Positions 8,923 to 20,615 of a DNA stretch of 64,000 nucleotides are shown here, in pieces. Location of the stretch: NCBI GenBank assembly GCA_001004105.1, contig LCQK01000001.1, positions 102,928-166,927 on the forward strand, in the 5' to 3' direction. Position 1 is the first letter of the stretch. The number at the start of each line of letters is the position of its first letter. The notes beneath the pieces are model-generated. The model searched no databases. It was not told the origin of the DNA and was given only the letters and a program-made list of their open reading frames with translations. This stretch comes from Candidatus Jorgensenbacteria bacterium GW2011_GWB1_50_10 (GTDB lineage Bacteria; Patescibacteriota; Minisyncoccia; UBA6257; GWB1-50-10). Position numbers and translations under genes: made by a program.

Positions 8923-9483
8923 ATGACGGAATTCTCTCCCCAAAATTCGCTAAGAGAACAGTTCGTGACCGAGAATATTCCCGTCGGTTTCCCGTGGCGG
9001 CTTTTCACTTTTTCCCTGATTCTTTTCCTTTTTTCCATTTTCGTTTTTTTCGGCCTGAGATTCGGCTACGCTTCCTATCTTACAAATCAAACGTCAGCCC
9101 TAGACAAAAAAATTCAGGACTTGAGTAGCCGGGTGAGCGTTGAAGATCAGGCCCGATTCATCGGTTTTTATTCCCAACTCGCCAACCTAAAAAAAATTCT
9201 TGACCGCCACGGCTTCCCCGGCAACACCTTTAGCTTTCTGGAGAAGCAAACGGTCGGCGAAGTTTTTTATACCGACGCCGACTTTAGGGCCGAGGACAGC
9301 AAACTCATCCTGAAAGGCCTTGCCGTCTCAAGTGAAGTGCTTATTGCTCAACTTTCCCTTTTTGACAGGGCGCCGGAAGTGGCCAATGTTTTTTTGAACC
9401 AGACGAACGTCGACCGAGGAGGCGTTACTTTTACTTTAACTCTGGATTTCAAGCCCGATTTTTTCCAAAAAACCGCCCCTTAA
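8923..9483 (+). CDS. pilN: PilN-like pilus assembly protein (single TM)
   Basis: size, one N-terminal TM (FPWRLFTFSLILFLFSIFVFFGL), position after pilM. Confidence 0.55.
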   Translation: MTEFSPQNSLREQFVTENIPVGFPWRLFTFSLILFLFSIFVFFGLRFGYASYLTNQTSALDKKIQDLSSRVSVEDQARFIGFYSQLANLKKILDRHGFPGNTFSFLEKQTVGEVFYTDADFRAEDSKLILKGLAVSSEVLIAQLSLFDRAPEVANVFLNQTNVDRGGVTFTLTLDFKPDFFQKTAP

Positions 9484-9485
9484 TT

Positions 9486-10052
9486 ATGAAAACCTCCACC
9501 AAAAGAATTTTAAGCATCGCTCTTGCCGGCCTCTTTTTCGTCGGTATTTTAGTCGTCTACACGAGTTTAATCCGGCCGGAACTTACGAAAATCGGCGAAA
9601 AAAGAGCCCTCCTCGTTTCTAAAGAGACGCTTTTCTTGAACGAGCAGAACGCCGTGAACCAGGTGGAAACATTGCTTGGGGAGTTTCAGAATCTCGCCGA
9701 GTTACAAGATACGGTTTCTTTAGCTCTACCCCTTACGGCAAATGTCACGGGTGCCTTAAATCAAATCCAGTCCATTGCCAAGCTCGCGGGCGTTTCGGTT
9801 GGTTCTTTCTCCGTAAAACCCCTTGCTTTCGTCGCTTCCAAAGAACCCTTGGTCAAAAGAATGGGTTCATTCGAGTTGAGCCTCGCGGTCTCGGGTTCCT
9901 ACGATAATTTGAAAACTTTCGTCAAATCTCTTGAGACGAACGTGAGAATCATGAACGTCGCAAGTATGCGTCTTGCGCCAGCGGCGGTTGGCGCCCTGGT
10001 GGACAGTTTGAATCTAACACTCACGGTCGATGTTTATTACCAAGAACAATAA
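9486..10052 (+). CDS. pilO: PilO-like pilus assembly protein
   Basis: single N-terminal TM then coiled-coil region; synteny. Confidence 0.5.
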   Translation: MKTSTKRILSIALAGLFFVGILVVYTSLIRPELTKIGEKRALLVSKETLFLNEQNAVNQVETLLGEFQNLAELQDTVSLALPLTANVTGALNQIQSIAKLAGVSVGSFSVKPLAFVASKEPLVKRMGSFELSLAVSGSYDNLKTFVKSLETNVRIMNVASMRLAPAAVGALVDSLNLTLTVDVYYQEQ

Positions 10053-10053
10053 C

Positions 10054-10344
10054 ATGGCCATTCTCGTTCAAGAAGAAGAAAAAGGCACCAACTGGGTAAC
10101 AATTCTTTCCACCATTGTCATTATCGTGGTTATCTTCGCTGGCGCTTATTATTTCTTTTTCAAAAAACCGGAATTGATTGAAGTGGTGGCCCCGGGTTCG
10201 CTAGAGAACGTGTCAAGTATTTCCAAAATTTCCTTTGACCCGCAGGGCGTTTTGCAATTACCCACTTTCAAGCTGCTTAGGCAATACGGGAGCGCGCCCT
10301 CGGTTCCCACGCCGGGCCGGAGCAACCCTTTCCGCCCGTTTTAA
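10054..10344 (+). CDS. small membrane protein, hypothetical (pilus cluster)
   Basis: ATG 10054, TM VTILSTIVIIVVIFAGAYYFFF; overlaps the region upstream of pilB. Confidence 0.4.
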   Translation: MAILVQEEEKGTNWVTILSTIVIIVVIFAGAYYFFFKKPELIEVVAPGSLENVSSISKISFDPQGVLQLPTFKLLRQYGSAPSVPTPGRSNPFRPF

Positions 10345-10351
10345 CTTTTTC

Positions 10352-12082
10352 ATGACGGACCAGGATTTAATTAAAGAACTTGTCAAAAGGAAAATTTTGG
10401 ACGCCGTCCTTTCCGAGCAGGTTTTGAAGGAAGCAAAATTCGGCGGCAAGGCGGCGGAAGAAGTAATTTACGAGAAAAGATTGGCCGACGAAACGGATGT
10501 GGCCGGCGTGAAATCAGAACTCTTGGGCGCGCCTTATAAAAAGATCGACCCGGGTCTCATTCCGGACGAGGTTTTGGGAATCATTCCTTTTGAAACTTCC
10601 AAAACCTATCGGGTGGCACCACTTGAAAAGAAAAAAGACCTTCTGGTGGTGGGTATGCTCCGGCCCGATGACACGAGAGCCCAGGAAGCATTGAGGTTTA
10701 TCGCCAAGCGCGAGCGAGTGTCGCTTGGCGTTTTTTTAGTGACGCCCTCGGATTTAGCCGCTGTCTGGCGGCGCTACTCGCCTTACAAAGGCGAAATTGA
10801 GTCGGCGGTGAAGGAACTTGGCGCTCGGTCTGCGGAAGAAGAACGGCTTGTGTCTTTGGAAGAAGGTGCGCGAAGCGCGGAAGATGCGCCGATAATCAAA
10901 ATCGTTGCTTCCACCCTGCGAAGAGCGGTGGAAGTTAAGGCCTCCGACGTCCATGTTGAGCCCCAGCGCTCGCGGCTCCGCATCCGGTTTCGGGTGGACG
11001 GCAAATTGCAAGAAGTGGCTTCCCTCCCTTTATCCTTGAGCCAGCCGGTTGTCTCCAGGGTAAAAGTTCTCTCGCGCCTGCGGCTTGATGAAACGAGAGT
11101 CCCGCAGGATGGTCGTTTCCGGACGCTTGTTTCCGGAGTCGACATTGATTACCGCGTTTCCACTTTTCCCACGCCCTCGGGCGAGAAAGTCGCCATTCGC
11201 GTCCTTGACCCCACGACCGGTTTGAAAGGCCTCCCCGAGCTGGGACTTTCCGATTACAATTTTAAAATTTTAAACGAGGGACTGAATTCGCCCTACGGCA
11301 TGATTTTAATTACGGGCCCCACTGGTTCTGGTAAAACGACTACTCTTTACGCCATGATGCAGAAGATAAATTCCGATGAGTTGAACATCTTGAGCTTGGA
11401 AGACCCGGTGGAATATTTCATGGACGGCATCAATCAGTCGCAAGTAAAGCCCGAAATCAGCTACACTTTCGCCTCCGGTCTCCGGCAGATTCTCCGGCAG
11501 GATCCCGACGTGATAATGGTCGGCGAGATACGGGATTCCGAAACTGCTTCGCTTGCGGTAAACGCGGCTTTGACCGGCCACATGATGCTCTCCACGCTTC
11601 ACACCAACAATTCCGTGGGCGTCATCCCGCGGCTTATTGATTTGGAAGTGCCGGCGTTTCTTCTCTCATCCGCTCTTAATTTAATGATGGCCCAGCGGTT
11701 GGTCGCCCGGCTCTGTCCCAAGTGCCGCGAAAAAAGGGAGGCGCCGAAGGAAGCGGAGGGCATTATCGCGAAAAATCTGGAAAGCTTACCCGAGGAGCTT
11801 AAAAAATCCGTGAAAGCGAGGCCGCCTTACCCTATCTATCATTCCAGCCCGAAACCGAACTGCCCGGAATGCGGCGGTAAGGGTTTCGTCGGCCGGGTGG
11901 CGATTTTCGAAATTTTCAGGATGACGCGGGAGCTAAGTGAAATCATCAATTCCGGTTTTACCGAGGGCAGACTTTACGACGAAGCCAAGCGCCAGGGAAT
12001 GGTAACATTGAGACAGGATGGAATCTTGAAAGCTCTGGAAGGTGAAGTGCTTTTAGAAGAAGTTTTGAGAGAGACCGAATAG
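10352..12082 (+). CDS. pilB: type IV pilus assembly ATPase PilB (GspE family)
   Basis: N-terminal GspII-like domains; Walker A GPTGSGKTT; CxxC...CxxC tetracysteine; start taken at ATG 10352, the first Met preceding recognisable sequence. Confidence 0.85.
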   Translation: MTDQDLIKELVKRKILDAVLSEQVLKEAKFGGKAAEEVIYEKRLADETDVAGVKSELLGAPYKKIDPGLIPDEVLGIIPFETSKTYRVAPLEKKKDLLVVGMLRPDDTRAQEALRFIAKRERVSLGVFLVTPSDLAAVWRRYSPYKGEIESAVKELGARSAEEERLVSLEEGARSAEDAPIIKIVASTLRRAVEVKASDVHVEPQRSRLRIRFRVDGKLQEVASLPLSLSQPVVSRVKVLSRLRLDETRVPQDGRFRTLVSGVDIDYRVSTFPTPSGEKVAIRVLDPTTGLKGLPELGLSDYNFKILNEGLNSPYGMILITGPTGSGKTTTLYAMMQKINSDELNILSLEDPVEYFMDGINQSQVKPEISYTFASGLRQILRQDPDVIMVGEIRDSETASLAVNAALTGHMMLSTLHTNNSVGVIPRLIDLEVPAFLLSSALNLMMAQRLVARLCPKCREKREAPKEAEGIIAKNLESLPEELKKSVKARPPYPIYHSSPKPNCPECGGKGFVGRVAIFEIFRMTRELSEIINSGFTEGRLYDEAKRQGMVTLRQDGILKALEGEVLLEEVLRETE

Positions 12083-12083
12083 C

Positions 12084-13157
12084 ATGATGGACTACAAGAA
12101 AAAATTGGAGGAATTGCTTTTGATAACGGCGCGGCAGAACGCCTCGGATTTGCACATTGCGGTCGGTCGCCGGCCGACGATAAGAGTGGATAGCGTCTTG
12201 GTGCCCATCGCTAAAGAACAGATTTTAACGAGAGAAGACGCCGAAGGCCTGGTTCTCGCACTTTTGACCGAAGAACAGAAGCAGAGTTTTCTCGTTCAAA
12301 GGCAGGTTGATTTTTCTTATGCTTTGGAAGATAAGGCGAGGTTTCGGGTAAACGTCTATTTCCAACGCGGTTTCATGGCCGCCGCCCTGCGGCTCATTCC
12401 CGCCCAGATTAAAAATATTGAAGAGTTGAATTTACCGCCGCTTCTTCACGAATTCACCAAACTCAATCAGGGATTCATTTTGGTCGTGGGCCCGGCTGGC
12501 CACGGCAAGTCAACGACCTTAGCTGCTCTTTTAGACGAAGTTAACCACAAGCGGACCGACCACATCATCACCGTGGAGGACCCGATTGAATATCTTTTCT
12601 CCCAAGACCGCTGCATTATTTCCCAGCGGGAAGTGGGATCAGACACGCTCTCTTTCCATGATGCGCTCCGTTCTATTTTGCGTCAGGACCCGGACGTCAT
12701 CATGATCGGCGAGGTTCGTGACCCCGAAACGATGGCCACCGCAATGACGGCGGCCGAAACCGGCCACCTGGTTTTCGCGACCATGCACACAAACTCCGCC
12801 TCCCAGACGATCGACCGGATGATCGATAGTTTTCCGCCCAACCAACAGGGCCAGATTATTTCCCAGCTTGCCTCCACGCTCGTGGCCGTCGTTTCCGAGC
12901 GTTTGATTCCGCGCCAGGGCGGCGGCCGGGTGCCGGCAATGGAGATAATGCTCGCAAACCCGGCGATAAGAAACCTCATTCGCGAGAAGAAGATTTACCA
13001 GATCGATTTGGTGATTGAAACGAGTGTCCAGGAAGGGATGGTATCTCTGAACCGCTCGCTTGTCGGCCTCGTAAGACGTAAAGAGATTTCAATGGAACAG
13101 GCCAAAAGTTATTCCTTGAATCCGGGCGAACTCCAAATCCTCCTTGAGCGAAGTTAG
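12084..13157 (+). CDS. pilT: twitching-motility retraction ATPase PilT
   Basis: 357 aa; Walker A GPAGHGKSTT; PilT-like motifs. Confidence 0.85.
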   Translation: MMDYKKKLEELLLITARQNASDLHIAVGRRPTIRVDSVLVPIAKEQILTREDAEGLVLALLTEEQKQSFLVQRQVDFSYALEDKARFRVNVYFQRGFMAAALRLIPAQIKNIEELNLPPLLHEFTKLNQGFILVVGPAGHGKSTTLAALLDEVNHKRTDHIITVEDPIEYLFSQDRCIISQREVGSDTLSFHDALRSILRQDPDVIMIGEVRDPETMATAMTAAETGHLVFATMHTNSASQTIDRMIDSFPPNQQGQIISQLASTLVAVVSERLIPRQGGGRVPAMEIMLANPAIRNLIREKKIYQIDLVIETSVQEGMVSLNRSLVGLVRRKEISMEQAKSYSLNPGELQILLERS

Positions 13158-13172
13158 GTTATAATAAAAACA

Positions 13173-14378
13173 ATGAAGTTTGCTTACAAAGCCAGAACCA
13201 AAGAGGGTGAACTGCAGATTGGCAATGTTGATGCTTCCAATCGCGACGGCGCCCTGGGGATTCTTTTGGGTCACGGCCTTTTTATTCTCACCCTGGAACC
13301 TGTGGCGGAGGAACGCTGGTTCGACCGGGTTTTGTCTTTTTTCCGGCGAGTGAAAGCCTCGGATATGATGATTTTCACGCGGCAGTTCGCCACACTCCTC
13401 GCTTCCCAAGTGCCGCTCTCGGACAGTTTGGCCAATCTTTACCGTCAGACCCAGCACGCCACTTTGAAAGAAATCATCGCCGAGATTTCGAACGACGTCG
13501 ACGCCGGTTTCTCGCTCTCGCAGGCGCTCGATCGGCACGTTTCCACCTTTTCCGAGTTTTACGTGAATATGGTTAAATCCGCCGAGGTAACCGGAAGGCT
13601 TAGCGAGGTGCTGAATTTCCTGGCTGACTATCTGGAAAAACAGACGGCTCTTGTCGCCAAAGTCAAAAACGCCCTCATTTACCCGGCGCTTGTTATCGGC
13701 CTTTTTATCGTCGTTGTGATTATCATGGTTTCCGTCGTTTTACCGCAGATTACGCCGATTTTTGCCGAAGCGAACATTGAGTTGCCGTTTTTCACCCAAA
13801 TCCTTCTCTCGGTCGGAACCTTCATCGCCAATTGGTGGTGGGGCATCGGGATTCTCTTCGGGATTTTTTTGCTTGTGCTCATTGATTATTCCCAGACTAA
13901 AGAAGGTAAAGTTGTTTTCGATGAAATCTCGCTCCGCTTGCCGGTAATGGGCCCGCTTTTCCAGAAGCTGTATGTGGCCCGGTTTTCGGAATCGACGCGG
14001 ATGCTCATCAAGGGCGGGCTCACTATCCCGCAGGCAATTGAAATTTCCTCCCACACCATCGGGAACGCCGTTTATCGCGACCGCTTGCATGAGGCCTCAG
14101 ATAAAATCCGAAAAGGGGAATTGCTTTCCCGGACCTTGGAAACGATGTCCGAATTTCCACCCTTGGTTTCTCAGCTTATCGCGGTCGGTGAATCAACCGG
14201 TCGGCTGGAACAGCTCTTGGAAAAGGTGACTGACTTTTACAGCCGGGAGGTGGATGATATGGTGAACAATTTAGTGACGCTTATCCAGCCGATTTTGATG
14301 ATTGTAATCGGCGTGATGGTTGCTCTCCTTTTTGCCTCAATACTTCTCCCGCTCTACAACTTGAGCCGGGCGTTTTGA
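13173..14378 (+). CDS. pilC: type IV pilus platform protein PilC (GspF family)
   Basis: 401 aa polytopic membrane protein with duplicated GspF-type domains. Confidence 0.8.
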   Translation: MKFAYKARTKEGELQIGNVDASNRDGALGILLGHGLFILTLEPVAEERWFDRVLSFFRRVKASDMMIFTRQFATLLASQVPLSDSLANLYRQTQHATLKEIIAEISNDVDAGFSLSQALDRHVSTFSEFYVNMVKSAEVTGRLSEVLNFLADYLEKQTALVAKVKNALIYPALVIGLFIVVVIIMVSVVLPQITPIFAEANIELPFFTQILLSVGTFIANWWWGIGILFGIFLLVLIDYSQTKEGKVVFDEISLRLPVMGPLFQKLYVARFSESTRMLIKGGLTIPQAIEISSHTIGNAVYRDRLHEASDKIRKGELLSRTLETMSEFPPLVSQLIAVGESTGRLEQLLEKVTDFYSREVDDMVNNLVTLIQPILMIVIGVMVALLFASILLPLYNLSRAF

Positions 14379-14423
14379 TATAATTAAGAGGAATTACAAA
14401 AGGTCGTTATTAACTAATAACAA

Positions 14424-14822
14424 ATGAAAAACAACAAAGGTTTTACATTAATTGAAATGTTGGTTGTGATCGCCATTATCGGGCTTTTGAGCTCGGTGGT
14501 GATTATCGGCTTGGGCGGTTCTCGCTCCAAGGCCAGAGACGCAAGGCGGATTGCCGACATTCAGCAGATTCAGAATGCTCTGGAGCTTCAGTATAACCCG
14601 GCAACCGGTTACCCAGTGGCCGGCACTCCTCCAACCGCTACCATCACAGGGGCGCCAACTAAAGATCCACAGAGCAAGGATTACCAATATGCCCCAAATG
14701 CCACCACCCTTGGATATAATTTAGGAATTTGTCTTGAAAATTCGGAAGGAGCATCGGGAGCGGGTAATTGCCCGTCAGGCGTCACCAACTGCAGCGGTAA
14801 GGAATATTGTGTAAAGCAATAA
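14424..14822 (+). CDS. pilA: type IV major pilin
   Basis: prepilin leader MKNNKG|FTLIEMLVV with Glu at +5; 7-bp-arm palindrome GTTATTA-ac-TAATAAC 2 nt upstream of the ATG. Confidence 0.8.
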   Translation: MKNNKGFTLIEMLVVIAIIGLLSSVVIIGLGGSRSKARDARRIADIQQIQNALELQYNPATGYPVAGTPPTATITGAPTKDPQSKDYQYAPNATTLGYNLGICLENSEGASGAGNCPSGVTNCSGKEYCVKQ

Positions 14823-14826
14823 AATA

Positions 14827-15264
14827 ATGAACAAGGGGTTTACGCTGATTGAGATGCTAGTCGTAGTAGCAATTATCGGGTTGCTTTCTTCAACCATTCT
14901 CGTTGGATTGGGGAATGCCCGGAGTAAGGCCCGCGACGCGCGCCGGATTGCGGATTTGCGCCAGATTCAGACCGGCTTGGAAAATTATTATGTGGAAAAC
15001 AACCAATCGTATCCCCAAACGCTTTACACTTCGGTTCCCGGCCTGCCGCACGACCCCCAGGGAGGCGAGTATGGCTACGTCCGGCCCGGAAGCCAAGCCT
15101 ACATTTTGGGTGCCTGTCTTGAGAATGACCGAACAGGCGACATCCAAACGTTTCCCGGGAGTTACGACGTAAGTCCTGTTGGTTCGAATAAAGTGCCGCC
15201 GCCTTCCTGCACCTGTGATGACGTGAGCGCCTACTGCGTCGCCGTGGGCTTGGGCGGCCGCTAA
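14827..15264 (+). CDS. type IV pilin (second copy)
   Basis: MNKG|FTLIEMLVVVAIIGLL prepilin signature; C-terminal Cys pair. Confidence 0.8.
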   Translation: MNKGFTLIEMLVVVAIIGLLSSTILVGLGNARSKARDARRIADLRQIQTGLENYYVENNQSYPQTLYTSVPGLPHDPQGGEYGYVRPGSQAYILGACLENDRTGDIQTFPGSYDVSPVGSNKVPPPSCTCDDVSAYCVAVGLGGR

Positions 15265-15265
15265 A

Positions 15266-16165
15266 ATGGAAGCGCTTTATTACCCGATACTTTTTTTATT
15301 CGGGCTTGCCGTCGGCAGTTTTTTGAACGTTTTGATTTTAAGATATGCTCCGGAGAGGAGCGTATTCAGTTTGGAGAATTTGCGCGGTCGCTCGCATTGT
15401 CCGCACTGCGGCAAAACTCTTCAGTGGTTTGAGCTTGTGCCGTTTCTCTCGTACATCGCACAGGGCGGCCGCTGCCGTTCCTGCGGCAAGAAATTAACCG
15501 TTCAGTACCCGCTTGTTGAATTCTTGTCGGGAGCGATTTTTGTCGCTCTGCCGCTTTATTTTTCCAAATTTTACGGTTTCATCGGTCTTTTCCCGGAGGG
15601 CTCTGGATTCCGCTCCTACTACGCCTATCTTATCGTCTGGGTTTTGATTCTGCTCACCTGGGCTTTGATAAGCGTAATTGACATGCGCCATTATCTGATT
15701 CCCAACGAACTGAACGTTCTTCTTGCGGCACTGGGGGTCATTTTGGTTGCCGTAAAGAGCCTGCCTTCGGTTTGGCTCCTGCCTTTCCATAGTTCATTTT
15801 TAAGGCATTACCTTTTGATTTTTTCGCCGATGCAGAACATTTGGATAAATCATCTTTTAGGTGCCCTAGCCGGTCTTTTATTTTTCGGACTTTTAATTGC
15901 AATTTCCCGAGGCCGGGCGATGGGGATGGGAGACGTGAAACTCGCCGCCGCCGCCGGTCTTATTTTGAGCTGGCCGGACATGGCTCTTGCCATGATTATC
16001 GCTTTCATCTTGGGAGGCGTCTGGGGAGCATTCTTGCTTTTGACCAAAAAGAAAACCCTCCGCGACAAATTGCCTTTCGCGCCGATTATGATTTTGGGAA
16101 TGGTTCTTACCGTCTTCTTCGGATATCAGATCGTAAGCGGCTATTTCGGACTTTTTAATATCTGA
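15266..16165 (+). CDS. pilD: prepilin peptidase PilD (A24 family)
   Basis: CPHCGKTL...CRSCGKKL zinc motif; polytopic membrane protein with the catalytic MGMGDVKLAAAAGLIL segment. Confidence 0.8.
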   Translation: MEALYYPILFLFGLAVGSFLNVLILRYAPERSVFSLENLRGRSHCPHCGKTLQWFELVPFLSYIAQGGRCRSCGKKLTVQYPLVEFLSGAIFVALPLYFSKFYGFIGLFPEGSGFRSYYAYLIVWVLILLTWALISVIDMRHYLIPNELNVLLAALGVILVAVKSLPSVWLLPFHSSFLRHYLLIFSPMQNIWINHLLGALAGLLFFGLLIAISRGRAMGMGDVKLAAAAGLILSWPDMALAMIIAFILGGVWGAFLLLTKKKTLRDKLPFAPIMILGMVLTVFFGYQIVSGYFGLFNI

Positions 16166-16185
16166 GTCGGCTTTTTGCTGTTATA

Positions 16186-16740
16186 ATGTTATTAATGGAT
16201 CTCAAATCCCGAGAAGGTTTTTCATTGTTTGAGATGGTGGTTGTCGTCGGTATCACGGTTCTTCTTTCAGCCATCACTCTTACCTACAATCGTTCCAGTG
16301 AGCGCCAGCTTATCCTTTTTAAGGACCAAGCCGTGGTGGTCGGACTTTTGAATCGGGCCAAGTCGCTCGCCATCCAGAAATACCAAAATCCGGCGATCAC
16401 CGCCGATTACGTCTTTTGCGCTTTCGGTCTTCACCTTGAGGCGCCGCGCGATGTTATTCTTTTTGCCGATTTAGGGGAGGGCAGTTGCGACCCGACTAAT
16501 GCTAATTACCGTTATGATGCGGGCGTTGTGCCACCCGAGGCACTTGAAACGAAATCACTTGATGTGCGTAACGAGTTTTCGGGATTGCCCGAAGGCGGAC
16601 TGGACATCCTTTTTATCGCGCCGGAACTCACGGCTACAACGAGCGCTGATTTTCCGGTTGGCATCACCATTAATTCAACTGTCGGCGGCCTCTCGGCGGC
16701 GACGACTATCTCGGCGGCCGGTCAGATTATTACGGAATAA
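16186..16740 (+). CDS. minor pilin / pseudopilin
   Basis: leader MLLMDLKSREG|FSLFEMVVVV. Confidence 0.65.
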   Translation: MLLMDLKSREGFSLFEMVVVVGITVLLSAITLTYNRSSERQLILFKDQAVVVGLLNRAKSLAIQKYQNPAITADYVFCAFGLHLEAPRDVILFADLGEGSCDPTNANYRYDAGVVPPEALETKSLDVRNEFSGLPEGGLDILFIAPELTATTSADFPVGITINSTVGGLSAATTISAAGQIITE

Positions 16741-16746
16741 GGGGCC

Positions 16747-17262
16747 ATGGGAAAAATATCTAAAAATCGAAAAGGCAACCTGCTTATTGAATCCATAATC
16801 GCTCTTAGCGTTGCGACGATAGGCATTCTCGGGGTTTTGGGCCTTCTTTCGCGTTCTTTGGGAATCAACAAGGACGTGAGCCAGAAGTTCGCCGCGACTT
16901 ATTTGGCCGCCGAAGGAGTGGAGGTAGTGAAGAGTTTGATTGATAAAAATTTTGCTGACAGCGATGCTTGGAATGAGGGGATTGGCGATTGCGGTTTTCC
17001 CACCTGTGATTATGAGGTGGTTTTTAATGACGCCGCTCTTAGTGGTTTCTCCGACCATTTCCTTAATTTTGATTCTACGAACGGCACCTACAGCTACGGC
17101 GATGGTGTTCCAACGCCCTTTAAAAGAAAAATTGTTATTACTGCGATTGATTTAAACGGCGGCGGCGATGACGAACTCAAAGTTAATTCCTCGGTTACTT
17201 GGGCTGTCCGCGGCGGAACGGAAACGGTCGATTTGGAGGACCATTTTTTTGATTGGCGATGA
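16747..17262 (+). CDS. minor pilin / pseudopilin
   Basis: KG|NLLIESIIALSVATIG prepilin-like N-terminus. Confidence 0.6.
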   Translation: MGKISKNRKGNLLIESIIALSVATIGILGVLGLLSRSLGINKDVSQKFAATYLAAEGVEVVKSLIDKNFADSDAWNEGIGDCGFPTCDYEVVFNDAALSGFSDHFLNFDSTNGTYSYGDGVPTPFKRKIVITAIDLNGGGDDELKVNSSVTWAVRGGTETVDLEDHFFDWR

Positions 17263-17870
17263 ACAAAAATTCAAAATTCAAAATTCCTGCCTGCCGGCAG
17301 GCACGGCAAAATTCAAAATTTAGGAAAGGTTTTACCCTCGTTGAGCTTATTGTCGCGATGTCGGTTTTTATCATCGCGATTACCATCGCCGTGGGCGCTT
17401 TTGTCCAGGCGCTCCGCACCCAGCGGATTGTGAATCACATGCTCTCCGTAAATTCCAACGCCAGTTTGGCGATTGAGCAGGTAGCGCGGGAGGTCAGGAC
17501 GGGTTATAACTTTGATTTGAATAACGTGCCTCAAGGCAACTGCATCGGGGGGCAGGAAGAAGAACTTGAATTCACTAATTCTCGTGCCAACAGTGTTTTT
17601 TATCGGGAGGAATCGGACGCTATTACCCGAATGGAGTGCGTGGGGAGTGATTGCTCGGGCAAAACTTTCCAGCCGCTTACAGCCTCAAACATCAAAGTGG
17701 ACCGGCTCTGTTTCACGAACACCGGCAGTTTGGTGAACGGCAAGGATCCCTGGCGGATAACGTTTTTTATGACGCTTGGTTCCTCCGACCCAAAACTCTC
17801 AGGTGAGGTTTTGAACTTTCAAACAACGGTCGCGGCAAGAATTTTGCCCCAAGAATTACCCGAAGAATGA
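17253..17870 (+). CDS. minor pilin (PilW-like) with a long repeat-encoded leader
   Basis: RKG|FTLVELIVAMSVFII prepilin motif; 26 aa leader encoded by (AAAATTC)n repeats and a palindrome. Confidence 0.65.
   Translation: MAMNKNSKFKIPACRQARQNSKFRKGFTLVELIVAMSVFIIAITIAVGAFVQALRTQRIVNHMLSVNSNASLAIEQVAREVRTGYNFDLNNVPQGNCIGGQEEELEFTNSRANSVFYREESDAITRMECVGSDCSGKTFQPLTASNIKVDRLCFTNTGSLVNGKDPWRITFFMTLGSSDPKLSGEVLNFQTTVAARILPQELPEE
17266..17320. repeat. (AAAATTC)x3, palindrome TGCCTGCCGGCAGGCA, then (AAAATTC)x2 at the 5' end of a pilin gene
   Basis: seen directly; heptamers 17266-17286, palindrome 17288-17303. Confidence 0.7.
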
Positions 17871-18265
17871 TTCAAAATTCAAAATTCAAAATTAAAAATT
17901 CGCAGAGAGGTCAAGTGATGATTTTAAGCGTGATGATGCTGGGCGGCATCATGCTCTCGGGCGCCGCGATTGCCGGTCTTCTCATGCTTTACCAGATTAA
18001 GTCGGCAAATGACGCGGTGAATTCCGCGAAAGCCATTTTTGCGGCCGATGCCGGCTTAGAAAGCGTGACTTGGTGCATTCTTAAAGGTGCCGGCACAAGC
18101 GCTTGCGTTGATGGCATAGTCCCAATTGTCTTTGATGATTCAACTGTCTCGATAAACGCAAAAAGTCAGACCGTCGGTAGCGAAATAATAATCACTTCCC
18201 GGGGTTACGGCGCCTCCGGCAAGGCGGTAAGAATCTTGGAAACGATTTTTGAAACCGGACCTTAA
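17867..18265 (+). CDS. minor pilin-like protein (PilX-like)
   Basis: N-terminal hydrophobic segment VMILSVMMLGGIMLSGAAIAGLLML; no Glu at +5; the true start could be Met 17918. Confidence 0.5.
   Translation: MIQNSKFKIKNSQRGQVMILSVMMLGGIMLSGAAIAGLLMLYQIKSANDAVNSAKAIFAADAGLESVTWCILKGAGTSACVDGIVPIVFDDSTVSINAKSQTVGSEIIITSRGYGASGKAVRILETIFETGP
17871..17905. repeat. heptanucleotide tandem repeat (TTCAAAA)x3 plus degenerate units at the start of the PilX-like gene
   Basis: ttcaaaa ttcaaaa ttcaaaa ttaaaaa ttcgcag directly after ATG 17867. Confidence 0.7.
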
Positions 18266-20323
<2,058 letters not shown>

Positions 20324-20326
20324 GAC

Positions 20327-20614
20327 ATGCTTTCAAAGAAAGATTTGGAACATTTGGCGGAGTTGGCCCGCATGGAATTGAAAAAGTCCGAGGAAGAAAA
20401 ACTACTCAAAGACCTGGAGAAAATTCTCGGACATTTTGAAGAATTAAAAGAACTTGATACCGAAGGCGTTTTGCCGATGTCGGGGGGCACGTTTTCAAGA
20501 AACATTCTCCGCGCCGATGATTTGGAAGAAACAAAACTTGCCGGCGAGAAATCCGTGAGCCAGTTTCCGGAAAGAGATAAGGGGTTTCTCAAAATCCCGC
20601 CAGTTTTCGAGTAG
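20327..20614 (+). CDS. gatC: Asp/Glu-tRNA amidotransferase subunit C
   Basis: 95 aa; LSKKDLEHLAELARMEL; immediately precedes gatA. Confidence 0.8.
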   Translation: MLSKKDLEHLAELARMELKKSEEEKLLKDLEKILGHFEELKELDTEGVLPMSGGTFSRNILRADDLEETKLAGEKSVSQFPERDKGFLKIPPVFE

Positions 20615-20615
20615 T

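Noticed and set aside
10235-10351. N-terminal extension of pilB from the ORF-track start
   Set aside because: The extension (MTRRAFCNYPLSSCLG...) overlaps the preceding ORF. The first Met that precedes recognisable PilB sequence is ATG 10352.
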